From the IMG/VR virus record IMGVR_UViG_3300027659_000011, positions 1-64,000 of that record: a stretch of 64,000 nt of DNA; one strand, written 5' to 3'. A program made the translations under genes and the position numbers. The notes below the pieces were generated by a model. It ran no database searches and was not told the DNA's origin. It saw nothing but the letters and a program-made list of their open reading frames with translations. Source of the DNA: a virus. Positions 43,868 to 53,733 of this stretch are shown in pieces. Within the stretch, counting starts at the first letter, position 1; each line of letters begins with the position of its first letter.

Positions 43868-45790
43868 ATGGCAATAAATTATACCCAAGCATGGCTTGAA
43901 GATCCTACAAGCATACGTGGAATATTAGTAGAAGTAACAGTTAAAGACTTGCAAGGTATATACGGTACTGCTGGTAGCGAAAACATTATATACTTATCTA
44001 ATATTGGCTATGTTTCAGGAGACTCTCAAACTAGCTATCTGCCATTTTTAACAGGCAGTTTACAAACAACAGAATCAATATCTATTGACGGTTCACTAAC
44101 AATGTCTTTTGGTGATATAGCAGTAGTAAATACAAGTGGTGAAAGAGATGACTGGTTAGATAGTACTAAGTTTATTTGGACAAATAGACCTATTAAAGTA
44201 TATCTTGGCGATCCAAGATGGCAGTTAGAAACACTTACCGATATTCACGATACAACCACCGGCGGCTTCCAAAAAATATTTGACGGCATTGTATCTGATA
44301 TAGATTCTAGTGGCAGAGACGTACTTAATATTAAAGTACGTGATAAATTACAAAGATTAAATGAGCCTTTAACAGATAATAAACTAGGTACTAACGGTAC
44401 TTGGGGCCAAGGGCAAAGTAATCAAGACTCTATACGCCCACTAGTTTTTGGTGAAGTTTTTAATATCAGCCCTATATTAGTAGATCCAAGTCAGTTAGAG
44501 TACATGTTTCATGATGTTAATGTTGGAACAAATATTAAAGCCACAACAGCGGGTACAAATTTAATAACTTGCACAAGTACTAAAGGTTTTGTACTTAATG
44601 CAACCGTAGTATTCACAGCTACTGTAGTAGTATCTGGAACAGGACTAACACCTGCTACTGCGGTATTTGGTGGACTAGTTGCGGGTACTACTTACTATAT
44701 TAAAACAATTAATAGTGATACCACTTTTACAGTATCTACAACTAGTGGTGGTTCAGTAGTGTCTTTAACTACAGCTGCTGCAGTTACTACTGCAACAGTA
44801 CAAGCAGAAGCCCGAGTATCTAGCGCAGAGTTAGTAATTGAGATAAGAGATAATGGAGTGCCAATATATACAGATCAAAGCGTATATACTCTTACTGGAG
44901 TACCTAGACCTCAAGGTGCTACTATTAATTACACTACAGGTAAATTTAAGTTAACTAAACCACCAAGTGGGACAATAACTGCTAGTATACAAGGTGCTAA
45001 AAGATCAGTTAATATTAGTACTGGTCAACTAGTAGAAGGCACATACGTAAATAATATAGCTAATATAATTGCTCTTATAGTTACTCAATATGGATTAGCT
45101 TCTGTACGTTTATCTCCCTCAGACATTGATTTAGTTAATTTTAGTAGTTTTGCTACTGCTAATACGCAGTCTGTTGGTATTGCTATAACAGATAGAACTA
45201 ATACACTTCAAGCATGTAGATTCATTGCTAATAGTGCTAATGCTAATCTATTTATGAATCGCACAGGATTATTACAGTTATTACAGCTTGGAACACCTAC
45301 TTCAGACGATAAAGTGTATATTACTGATAACGATATATTACATCATTCTTTACAAATATCTAGTAAAACTAATGTTATGGCAGCTACTAAAGTGGCCTAT
45401 TGCAGAAATTATACACCACAAACAACATTAGCATCCACACTTCCAGCTAATCATAATAAAATATTTCAAGAGCCCTGGCTTTCAAATACTGTTGTGGATT
45501 CAACAGTTCAATCTGATTATAAATTAGATTCTACACCAGTTCAACTTGAAACTGCTTTAATTAGAGGAACACACTCTGCAGCATTAGCTCAAAGTCTTAA
45601 CTCGTATTGGAAAGTACCAAGAATTATTTACTCTTTCACAGGTACTAGCAAACTATTATCCCTTAAACTAGGTCAAGCTGTAAATATTATACACAATAGA
45701 TTTGGTTTAACTTCTGGTAAAGATGGTCAAGTTATATCTTTAAGCCCTAATTGGGTATCCGGAACTATATCTGTAGAGGTAATAATTTAA
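43868..45790 (+). CDS. Tail tip/baseplate hub-like protein
   Basis: Follows tape measure; RPLVFGEVFNISP and LKLGQAV...RFGL patterns. Confidence 0.65.
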   Translation: MAINYTQAWLEDPTSIRGILVEVTVKDLQGIYGTAGSENIIYLSNIGYVSGDSQTSYLPFLTGSLQTTESISIDGSLTMSFGDIAVVNTSGERDDWLDSTKFIWTNRPIKVYLGDPRWQLETLTDIHDTTTGGFQKIFDGIVSDIDSSGRDVLNIKVRDKLQRLNEPLTDNKLGTNGTWGQGQSNQDSIRPLVFGEVFNISPILVDPSQLEYMFHDVNVGTNIKATTAGTNLITCTSTKGFVLNATVVFTATVVVSGTGLTPATAVFGGLVAGTTYYIKTINSDTTFTVSTTSGGSVVSLTTAAAVTTATVQAEARVSSAELVIEIRDNGVPIYTDQSVYTLTGVPRPQGATINYTTGKFKLTKPPSGTITASIQGAKRSVNISTGQLVEGTYVNNIANIIALIVTQYGLASVRLSPSDIDLVNFSSFATANTQSVGIAITDRTNTLQACRFIANSANANLFMNRTGLLQLLQLGTPTSDDKVYITDNDILHHSLQISSKTNVMAATKVAYCRNYTPQTTLASTLPANHNKIFQEPWLSNTVVDSTVQSDYKLDSTPVQLETALIRGTHSAALAQSLNSYWKVPRIIYSFTGTSKLLSLKLGQAVNIIHNRFGLTSGKDGQVISLSPNWVSGTISVEVII

Positions 45791-48700
45791 TGTCAACTTT
45801 ATTAAATGATAATGACGTAGCCCTTCAATCGGCACCTTATAGGGATAAAACTAGTTTAGTAACTGTAACTGCAAGTGCTACAAACTTTATCACTGTAAAA
45901 AATGGTGGAATAACTACCCCTAGTAGTATAACTCTAACAGCCACACCTAATATTGTATTTAGTGCAGCGGCATCTTTTAGTTGGAGTTTTGCTTTAAATA
46001 CTGCCCCTACTGATTTTAGAGCTTTTGACGGGTCTTTGATACAAGGAACTACAACGTTCGGAGGATCAGGAACAAGCGTTAGCAAAGCTGGAACATATAC
46101 TAATTTAGTGCCTTTAAGTACAAGCGGTACAGGTACTGGAGCAAAATTTGTAATTACAAAAATAAATACAAGTAGCTCTTATTCAGGAAATATTAGTGTA
46201 ACTATTATTAACTCTGGAGTTGGTTATAAAACTGGAGATACAATAACTATCTCTGGGGGTTTTCTTGGTGGAGCACTAGGAACAAATAATTTAGTACTTC
46301 AAGTAGGTGGTTCAGTAACTACAGAAACCGGTACTAATACTAAAGAAATAACTGCACAAACAGTTAATTCTTTAGTAGGTGAAACAAAAGCTACCTCTGT
46401 ACAGTTCAGATGTGCAGTAAGTGAAAATTTTATTGATACCGCATACGGGTACTCCTTAGTAACCTATAGTCTAGAACAAGCTAATGCAGACTCTGTTAAT
46501 ATTGAGCTTACTAGAACTAATGGAATAGTAAACGCTACTACCACTGGCATAATAAATAATTATAATGATAGTGGCACCACAATCACAGTCGTAAGAGCAG
46601 GTACACAATTAGCTTATAGTGCATCAGGCGGCAATTTAGTAGGAATATCTTTACCTAATAGTTTCAGTGTTGAAATTGTTACAGATACTGGTATAGATTC
46701 AACTGTGCCTTATAGAACGGTAGGTCCGACTACTAATACTGCAACTTCTTGGACTCTGAGTGGGATAACCTTACTAACAGCAGATTCAGTAACAGTAACA
46801 TTTTTAGTTACTGTATATGATGCATCAGGAATTAAAACTTTAGGTATCTTTAAAACTTTAACAATAACTAAAGTCTCCAGCGGAGTAGATGGAGACCCTG
46901 CAATAGTTTATTTTATAGATCTAAGTGCTCCAGTAATAACAAAAAGCACATCTAGTAAATTTATAAATGGTGTACATCAACAAATAAAAGTATACGGAAA
47001 AAAGACAGTAGGTACAGGTACTTATAGTATATATGGATTTCTAACAGTAACAGGAGATCTAGAAACAGAATCGGCCACAGCTTTTGCTTCTACTAGTAAT
47101 GGTTATACTACAACTATAACTAATACTTCTGAAAATAGTTTATATACAATCAGATTATATGATAGAGCAGATAGAACTAGTGCATTTGCACAACTGCTAG
47201 ATACTCAAACAGTACCAGTAGTATTTAATGGATCTAATGCACTTACTGCTACAATTAGTAATGACTCGGCCCCAGTTTCTGTAAGCTATACAGGTACAGT
47301 AATATCTGGAGGATATGATGGAACAGGTACATCAATACGAGTTTATGAAGGTGCAGAAGAATTAACTTTTGATACCGTTGGTAGTAGTAGAGGAACTTAC
47401 ACTGTAACAGCCACAGGAACTGGAGTTAATCCTGGTAGTATAAGCAGAGCAGTTAATGCTCTGCATGCTATAACTGGGAATGTTTCTGCTTTAGCAGTAG
47501 ATCAAGCAACAGTTACGTATACTATAACTGGTACAAGTAAAACTGGTACGCCTTTTACACTTTCTAAACTACAAAGTATTAACAAAACTTACCCAGGCGC
47601 AGATGCTTTATTTAATTATTTAGATATATCAGCTAATGTAATAACTAAAAATGCTGATAAGGCCACGACAGATGGTGCCCATAGCGTAGTAATAATTACA
47701 GGTAAGCAGACCATAGGTAATGCAGCGCCTATTATTACAGGATTTGTAACATTTACTGCAAGTTTATTAGTACTTTCTGTAAACTCTAATGCAGTATTTC
47801 TAAGTGGTGTTAGTACTTTAGCAATTAATACTCCTATAATATTTTCTGGTATAGGGATGCCTCCTCAAATAACAGTAGGTACTACATATTATATTAAAAC
47901 AATAGATCTCGTAACTAAGTCAATTACCTTATCTAGTTCACTTGGCGGGGCTGTTCTAAACTTAAGTAATACGGGCAATTTAACAGCTGCGTATGCACAG
48001 TCAGAAGCTACCTCAGCTACTGCTAATAGTATTATAGGTGCAATACCTAATGATGCTGGAGCATATAGTTATATAGCTAGACTATACAATAATGCAACTA
48101 AAACAACATTGTTTGATTTTGAGGAACTACTGGTATTATTTAAAGGATCTAATGCAGTAGTAGCAAACCTTAGTAACGATTCTGCTCACATTTCATGTAA
48201 TGACCTAGGAGTTCCTAATACGGGCGGATTTGGTAATACTAGTACGCTAATACAGGTATTTGATGGTACTAGTGAGCTAGTGTACAACGGAGTAGGTACT
48301 ACAGACGGAACTTACAAGGTTACAGCAGTTGGAACAAGTGTTACACCAGGAGCAATAACAGCTAGCGGTGTCTCAGCAATAACAGCAATAGCTAGTAACA
48401 TAACTAATAATTTAGCTAGTATTGCTTTTACAATTACTGGTAAATCATTAAGTGGCATAAATATAACCTTAACCAAAATTCAAACATTAGTTAAGCAAAT
48501 TAATGGTAAAAATGGTGACAATGGTGTAACATTCAAAACAGCCATAATTACTGCAGCAGGTTGGAGTACTAGTAGTACACCGCCTGCTTTAACAGGAACT
48601 TTTAACTATACCTGGAGTACACAAGTGCTTACAGCAGGCTCTGGAAGTACTACTGTATATCCAGCAGGATATTATACAGATGCTCCTGCAGTTTCAGGCA

Positions 48701-49275
48701 GTGGCTATGTACTACATAGTGTAATGGTAACAATATCTGCCCCTAGTACTGAAGTTACTACATTTAATATTCCTTGGAGCTCAGGAAAAACTAACAGGCT
48801 TGGGTATAAAGAAGACGGCGGAATAGGTCCAGTTGGAGATTCGGCCAGAACAGTTTATGTTGTAAATACAAGCTCAACTCCTCCAGCAATACCTACAGCA
48901 GGTGCAGGAGATGTAGTACCTACATCAAGTGCCGGTACCTGGTCTTTTAACTCTACTAGCGTATTAGCTGCAGGCCAGTTTATGTATCAGTGTGATGGTA
49001 CATATAAGCCGTTACCCAGCCCGGGAGTTACAACTTGGAGAGCACCTTACTTAAGTAATTTAAAAGTTGGCAGCTTATCAGCAATTACTGCAAATCTTGG
49101 TCATATTATTGCTGGTTCAATAAATATTGGACCAGATAAGTTCACAGTAGATACTAGCGGTAATGTAAAAATTAGGGGAACGGGTACAGGTAGGATGGAG
49201 ATTACTAATGAAGCTATAAAAGTTTTTGATAGTACAGGATCTTTAAGGGTTCAATTAGGAAATCTTGACGTGTAA
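45790..49275 (+). CDS. Large tail tip/central fibre protein
   Basis: Thr/Ser-rich beta repeats; C-terminal LKVGSLSAITANLG...LRVQLGNL typical of host-specificity/central fibre proteins. Confidence 0.7.
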   Translation: MSTLLNDNDVALQSAPYRDKTSLVTVTASATNFITVKNGGITTPSSITLTATPNIVFSAAASFSWSFALNTAPTDFRAFDGSLIQGTTTFGGSGTSVSKAGTYTNLVPLSTSGTGTGAKFVITKINTSSSYSGNISVTIINSGVGYKTGDTITISGGFLGGALGTNNLVLQVGGSVTTETGTNTKEITAQTVNSLVGETKATSVQFRCAVSENFIDTAYGYSLVTYSLEQANADSVNIELTRTNGIVNATTTGIINNYNDSGTTITVVRAGTQLAYSASGGNLVGISLPNSFSVEIVTDTGIDSTVPYRTVGPTTNTATSWTLSGITLLTADSVTVTFLVTVYDASGIKTLGIFKTLTITKVSSGVDGDPAIVYFIDLSAPVITKSTSSKFINGVHQQIKVYGKKTVGTGTYSIYGFLTVTGDLETESATAFASTSNGYTTTITNTSENSLYTIRLYDRADRTSAFAQLLDTQTVPVVFNGSNALTATISNDSAPVSVSYTGTVISGGYDGTGTSIRVYEGAEELTFDTVGSSRGTYTVTATGTGVNPGSISRAVNALHAITGNVSALAVDQATVTYTITGTSKTGTPFTLSKLQSINKTYPGADALFNYLDISANVITKNADKATTDGAHSVVIITGKQTIGNAAPIITGFVTFTASLLVLSVNSNAVFLSGVSTLAINTPIIFSGIGMPPQITVGTTYYIKTIDLVTKSITLSSSLGGAVLNLSNTGNLTAAYAQSEATSATANSIIGAIPNDAGAYSYIARLYNNATKTTLFDFEELLVLFKGSNAVVANLSNDSAHISCNDLGVPNTGGFGNTSTLIQVFDGTSELVYNGVGTTDGTYKVTAVGTSVTPGAITASGVSAITAIASNITNNLASIAFTITGKSLSGINITLTKIQTLVKQINGKNGDNGVTFKTAIITAAGWSTSSTPPALTGTFNYTWSTQVLTAGSGSTTVYPAGYYTDAPAVSGSGYVLHSVMVTISAPSTEVTTFNIPWSSGKTNRLGYKEDGGIGPVGDSARTVYVVNTSSTPPAIPTAGAGDVVPTSSAGTWSFNSTSVLAAGQFMYQCDGTYKPLPSPGVTTWRAPYLSNLKVGSLSAITANLGHIIAGSINIGPDKFTVDTSGNVKIRGTGTGRMEITNEAIKVFDSTGSLRVQLGNLDV

Positions 49276-49288
49276 TTAAAGGAATAGT

Positions 49289-51034
49289 ATGGCGTATGGA
49301 TTATCGTTTTTTAAAGGTTTGACTACTGGGTTTGATGATTGGATAGCAACCAGAAACACAGATAGTCCGGCTTTAAAAGCTCAGTACCTGGCAGAGCAGG
49401 TTGAAGATAACACAGGAATAACTTCAACTAGAGCACAGGTAATAGATGCTTTTTTAGCTAATAATATTAGTCCCATAGTTCCTACTAATGCAGAAATACG
49501 TGGCTGGATGATTAGTGGTTTAAGTACTTTTAATTCGTATTATAATAATCTTTATTATAGCGGTCCAGCTTCCTGGCAAGTACAAATTATTGCAGACAGA
49601 GTGTTTCAAAATAGCATTATATCTCCATTAACTGCAAGACAAGAAGCTAACCAAAATGGGTCGCCATCAGAATCTACACAAAGTACTACGGGATTTAATA
49701 AAACAGCGTTCTTATTAGGAATAGATAATGGTACTATAACTGAAGATGTTACAGGAAATACAGCAGTATTATGTGTAAATCCTTTAGAAAGAACTGAAAC
49801 ATTTTATCAAACTTTTCCTAGACCTAACTATCTAGGTACAGTAGGATACAATGGGGCTAACTCACTTACTCAAGTATGGGGCGGGGACTTTATAATTCCT
49901 CAAAACACCAACTGGTGTGCTGAAGCGTGGATATACCCTACTAGATTCGGTGGGGGTATCCTAGGATCAGGAGACTATGGTCCAGGGTCATGGCAACTAT
50001 TTCATAATCAATCCAATGGAGTTATACAGTTAATTTCAGAAGTTATTGCTCCAGTTAATAGAACATTTACTACTTGGTGGTGGAGTAGTAGTATTCTTTC
50101 AATATATGGAACATTTCCACCTCCAGGACTTGTTGTAGGTACTCAAATTACTCCTCCCGCTGCTTACGGAGCTTTAGTTCCTATGTATGTAACTGGCATA
50201 GATTATGAAAGTAATTATATAACTGTAACCCCAGTATTTATAGGAGGCTCGTTAGATGAAGACGGTAATCCTACTAATTATAAAAGAACATTCATATCAG
50301 AGTTAGATAGTAATGGTGAACCACTGCCTACTGTATTTCCAGATGAATTTAAGTTTACATATGTAACAAATGAGGTTACCACTAGTTATATGGACTCAGG
50401 AGCTAGAACTGCACCTACATATACTTGGACTCATGTTGCAGCTAGTTTAACTGGTACTACACTACGAATATTTGTAAATGGAATAGTATCTGCTACAAAA
50501 ACTATTGCTCCTACTGTATTTAGACCGAATAGAATAGATCAATCTTACTATATAGGAGTTCATGAAAAAAGTTCAGCTTCACCTATATATTTCCAAGGAT
50601 ATATATCTAGTCCTAGATTAGTAAATGGAAAAGCTATTTATACAGGTAATTTCTCACCTAGTAGTAAAGCTCCGGGAACTAGTAGAATAAATGTAATAAA
50701 AGCGTTTGCTAATAATTTAGCTGGGCCAGTAGTTCCCTCAGAACGAGACATACAGTACTGGATGTTTAAAGGTTTTGACTACGGTACCCTACAGTTTAGT
50801 AGTACTGACGTAACTTGGAATCAAGTAGATGCCTTTTACAAATTAGCAAATACTAATGTGTCAAACACTTATGCTTCGTGTGTAGGCAGAGAAATGCTAG
50901 TTACTCAAATATTAGTGGGTACTCCGGATTTCAACAAAGCTTTTTATGCAAACACTATATATACTAATGCCAGTGGTTCTATATATATAACTGGTGCAAA
51001 TGTGGACACCTATATAATGGTGCTGATGCGATGA
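49289..51034 (+). CDS. Minor tail protein with concanavalin A/LamG-like domain
   Basis: WCAEAWIYP...WTHVAAS...LRIFVNG...FQGYIS..R...GKAIYTGNF. Confidence 0.7.
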   Translation: MAYGLSFFKGLTTGFDDWIATRNTDSPALKAQYLAEQVEDNTGITSTRAQVIDAFLANNISPIVPTNAEIRGWMISGLSTFNSYYNNLYYSGPASWQVQIIADRVFQNSIISPLTARQEANQNGSPSESTQSTTGFNKTAFLLGIDNGTITEDVTGNTAVLCVNPLERTETFYQTFPRPNYLGTVGYNGANSLTQVWGGDFIIPQNTNWCAEAWIYPTRFGGGILGSGDYGPGSWQLFHNQSNGVIQLISEVIAPVNRTFTTWWWSSSILSIYGTFPPPGLVVGTQITPPAAYGALVPMYVTGIDYESNYITVTPVFIGGSLDEDGNPTNYKRTFISELDSNGEPLPTVFPDEFKFTYVTNEVTTSYMDSGARTAPTYTWTHVAASLTGTTLRIFVNGIVSATKTIAPTVFRPNRIDQSYYIGVHEKSSASPIYFQGYISSPRLVNGKAIYTGNFSPSSKAPGTSRINVIKAFANNLAGPVVPSERDIQYWMFKGFDYGTLQFSSTDVTWNQVDAFYKLANTNVSNTYASCVGREMLVTQILVGTPDFNKAFYANTIYTNASGSIYITGANVDTYIMVLMR

Positions 51035-51948
51035 CAACTTATGGATTTTTAGCTACAAATGGAAATAGTCAAGTACTAATATCAAGTAAGACAAAAAATT
51101 TACACTTTTTAGGTAAGGCAAAGTACGCATATGCTGCACAAGCTACAAATAGTTACGGTGGTATTAGACGTTTTGTTTATAGGATAAATTGTATTACAAC
51201 ACCAGTTCCTTTTTTTACTACACCTACTCCAGAAAGTTACGCAATTTTACGCATGACTTTAGTAGCAGCAGATACTTGGGAAATAGAAATAATTAAATCA
51301 GGTTACAGTGATGTAAAGCCAGAAGTTTATGTGTTTACAGAAGCCAATGGACAAATTACTCCAAATACTTCTTACGGTATGAAAGTATTAAATGAAACAT
51401 CTGGAGTAACTTATGATTCCAGACTTAGGCCTTTAATTGTAAAAGCCGGAGCATCTATATCTCAGCCATATGATCCAATCCCAAACGCACCTCCTCCAGG
51501 AGCATTAGATCCCTCAGAGTGTAGAACTGATGCCGGACCCTATCTTGCACCAACAGCTGCTACTAGCATAGGTATAACCAATGTAGCATCTTTAGTAAAA
51601 CCTATAGTAAATTATCAATCTATATCTCAAGCTCAAAGACAATTCTGGGTAAGTATGGTTTCAAAAACCGGATTCTTTGTTAGACAAACATATGTTCGCA
51701 GGAGCGATTACTGGGTATTTTGCAGAGGGGGAGTATCTATGGCACAAGTAGGATCTACTCTTAATGTAACCAGTGGTTGGGTAGCAGTAGATTACTCTTG
51801 TAATTGGACCTATTCAAAAGAAAGTTCGATTCTAGGTGTAGGTTTTGGTGCAAAAACTAGAACAGGCGGTACATGGCCTTTTGAAAATCAGTCAATAAAT
51901 ATGGATCCAGTAAGTTTTATAGTTTCTGACGGTGCCTTATATGATTAA
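51031..51948 (+). CDS. Minor tail protein
   Basis: YG...N..SQVLI and YGMKV...G.TYDS motifs; tail operon context. Confidence 0.6.
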   Translation: MTTYGFLATNGNSQVLISSKTKNLHFLGKAKYAYAAQATNSYGGIRRFVYRINCITTPVPFFTTPTPESYAILRMTLVAADTWEIEIIKSGYSDVKPEVYVFTEANGQITPNTSYGMKVLNETSGVTYDSRLRPLIVKAGASISQPYDPIPNAPPPGALDPSECRTDAGPYLAPTAATSIGITNVASLVKPIVNYQSISQAQRQFWVSMVSKTGFFVRQTYVRRSDYWVFCRGGVSMAQVGSTLNVTSGWVAVDYSCNWTYSKESSILGVGFGAKTRTGGTWPFENQSINMDPVSFIVSDGALYD

Positions 51949-52156
51949 ACCTTTTACTATTTTAGCAACCAAAGATGAACCGAATTTTGGAACTTTAGTA
52001 AGCTATACTATATCAGATAGAGCTTATGTAGACCAAGAAGATTATAAAGGTATACAAACTTCAGTGTTAACCTCTAGTGTATTAGTTCCGCACGGAGAAG
52101 ACATAGATACATATTTACTTAACTACTTAATACGATGTGAATGGATTAAGTTATGA
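51941..52156 (+). CDS. Hypothetical protein
   Basis: Short ORF in a tightly packed operon. Confidence 0.5.
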   Translation: MIKPFTILATKDEPNFGTLVSYTISDRAYVDQEDYKGIQTSVLTSSVLVPHGEDIDTYLLNYLIRCEWIKL

Positions 52157-52779
52157 ATTATTTGTCAGTAGAAACTTCAGAAGGCTTAGTAAAATATTAC
52201 TTAGCGGGTACTGAAAAATTCAAAGAAATAACCGCAATCGTAGAATCTAAATATAATAATTTGGGTTCTACTAAGTGGGAATTACTTAGTGAACCTACTT
52301 ATAATAGTATTTTAGAAGATCAAGTAGTAACTGCTATATATAAATCATCTAGCCCCTACTTAGATCATCTAGACCCTATTAAAGTAAGTCGAAAATATTT
52401 ATTAAATAAACAACATATTTATGAAAAAGTATATACACTTTTAACTGATATACCTTCTGAATTTGAACTACCAGAAAATTCTAAAGCATTAGCTAAAGGA
52501 TATTTACTAAATATTTACGGACAGCCTGGTGATGAAGATTATTCTAATTACATAGATATATACTTCTCATGTACGAACCATGCAAACGTAGAAGCTTTTG
52601 CAGAGAAAAAACTTACAGTTGGTAGTTATTCAAATTACTACTGTATAACTTTTAACGGTACTACTAAAGAACGATTAAAAGTAAAAAATTATTGTTTTGA
52701 TACACAAAATAGTTTATCAAACTGGGATGAATATTGGACCGCTGAGTGTGAAGATAGAAATATAGATATTTCTACATAG
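52153..52779 (+). CDS. Hypothetical protein
   Basis: 208 aa; ATGA overlap. Confidence 0.6.
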   Translation: MNYLSVETSEGLVKYYLAGTEKFKEITAIVESKYNNLGSTKWELLSEPTYNSILEDQVVTAIYKSSSPYLDHLDPIKVSRKYLLNKQHIYEKVYTLLTDIPSEFELPENSKALAKGYLLNIYGQPGDEDYSNYIDIYFSCTNHANVEAFAEKKLTVGSYSNYYCITFNGTTKERLKVKNYCFDTQNSLSNWDEYWTAECEDRNIDIST

Positions 52780-52806
52780 CTTTCCTAAAATTTATAGAGG
52801 AATAAA

Positions 52807-53733
52807 ATGGCATCGAATAATCTTAGAATAATCTATAATAATATTCTAGATCTACCTACAACCATTATAACGGCATCAAGTAGCGCCACAGGCACTGCCA
52901 CATCCCTTAGTAATTTAAAGTTAGATTCTAAATCTCAAGTATGGAGATCAGCCACTACAGGAGTAGTAAACCCTAGTGGTTTATACACTACAAGAGTTAA
53001 TATAGTAGTGTCTTTTACCCAAGCTATTATAGGTGGCGTAATGTTACCTTTCTGTAACTTATCATCTGCTGCAAAAATCAGAGTTCGTGGGTATACAGGA
53101 ACAGCTCCCACAACTGGTGCAGCCACTAATACTCCTACCTCTGTGGCAGCAGGTACTTTAGTACATGATAGTACTAAAATATTTTCATGCCCTTATCAAA
53201 CTTTTGGCTTATGGAATTGGGGTAGTTTACCACTAGGAGTAAATAGTTATTCCTATGGCGGAGGAACTTATGGTAGAGTTTGGATGCCCACACAATTAGC
53301 TTGTACTAGTTTATTAATTGAGATAGAAGATACTGAGTGCCCTAATCCATACATAGAAATATCAAGGATTATTACTGGATCTTATTGGTCTCCTAAGTAC
53401 AATACTTCTTTCGGACTATCAACAGGTAGCCAAGATTTAAGTAAACATCAGCGTAGTGAGTCTGGTGACTTAATTACAAATAGAGGTATTCGTTATCGTA
53501 ACATGAGATTTGACTTAACATGGTTACCTCCAGAAGATAGACTAGAATTTACAAGAATACTTAGAGGAAATGGATTACCAAGACCTTTATTTATAAGTTT
53601 ATTTCCAAATAACTCAGAAGATTTTGAAAAAGAACAATCACATCAGATTTATGGAAAATTATCACAACTTTCTGATATAACACATCCTATTTTTGAAATC
53701 TACAGTACAAGTATTGACATAGAGGAGATTTAA
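52807..53733 (+). CDS. Putative tail (distal tail-like) protein
   Basis: NLRIIYNN, NLSSAAKIRVR, YIEISRII.G.YWSP, RSESG.L; virion-gene context. Confidence 0.55.
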   Translation: MASNNLRIIYNNILDLPTTIITASSSATGTATSLSNLKLDSKSQVWRSATTGVVNPSGLYTTRVNIVVSFTQAIIGGVMLPFCNLSSAAKIRVRGYTGTAPTTGAATNTPTSVAAGTLVHDSTKIFSCPYQTFGLWNWGSLPLGVNSYSYGGGTYGRVWMPTQLACTSLLIEIEDTECPNPYIEISRIITGSYWSPKYNTSFGLSTGSQDLSKHQRSESGDLITNRGIRYRNMRFDLTWLPPEDRLEFTRILRGNGLPRPLFISLFPNNSEDFEKEQSHQIYGKLSQLSDITHPIFEIYSTSIDIEEI

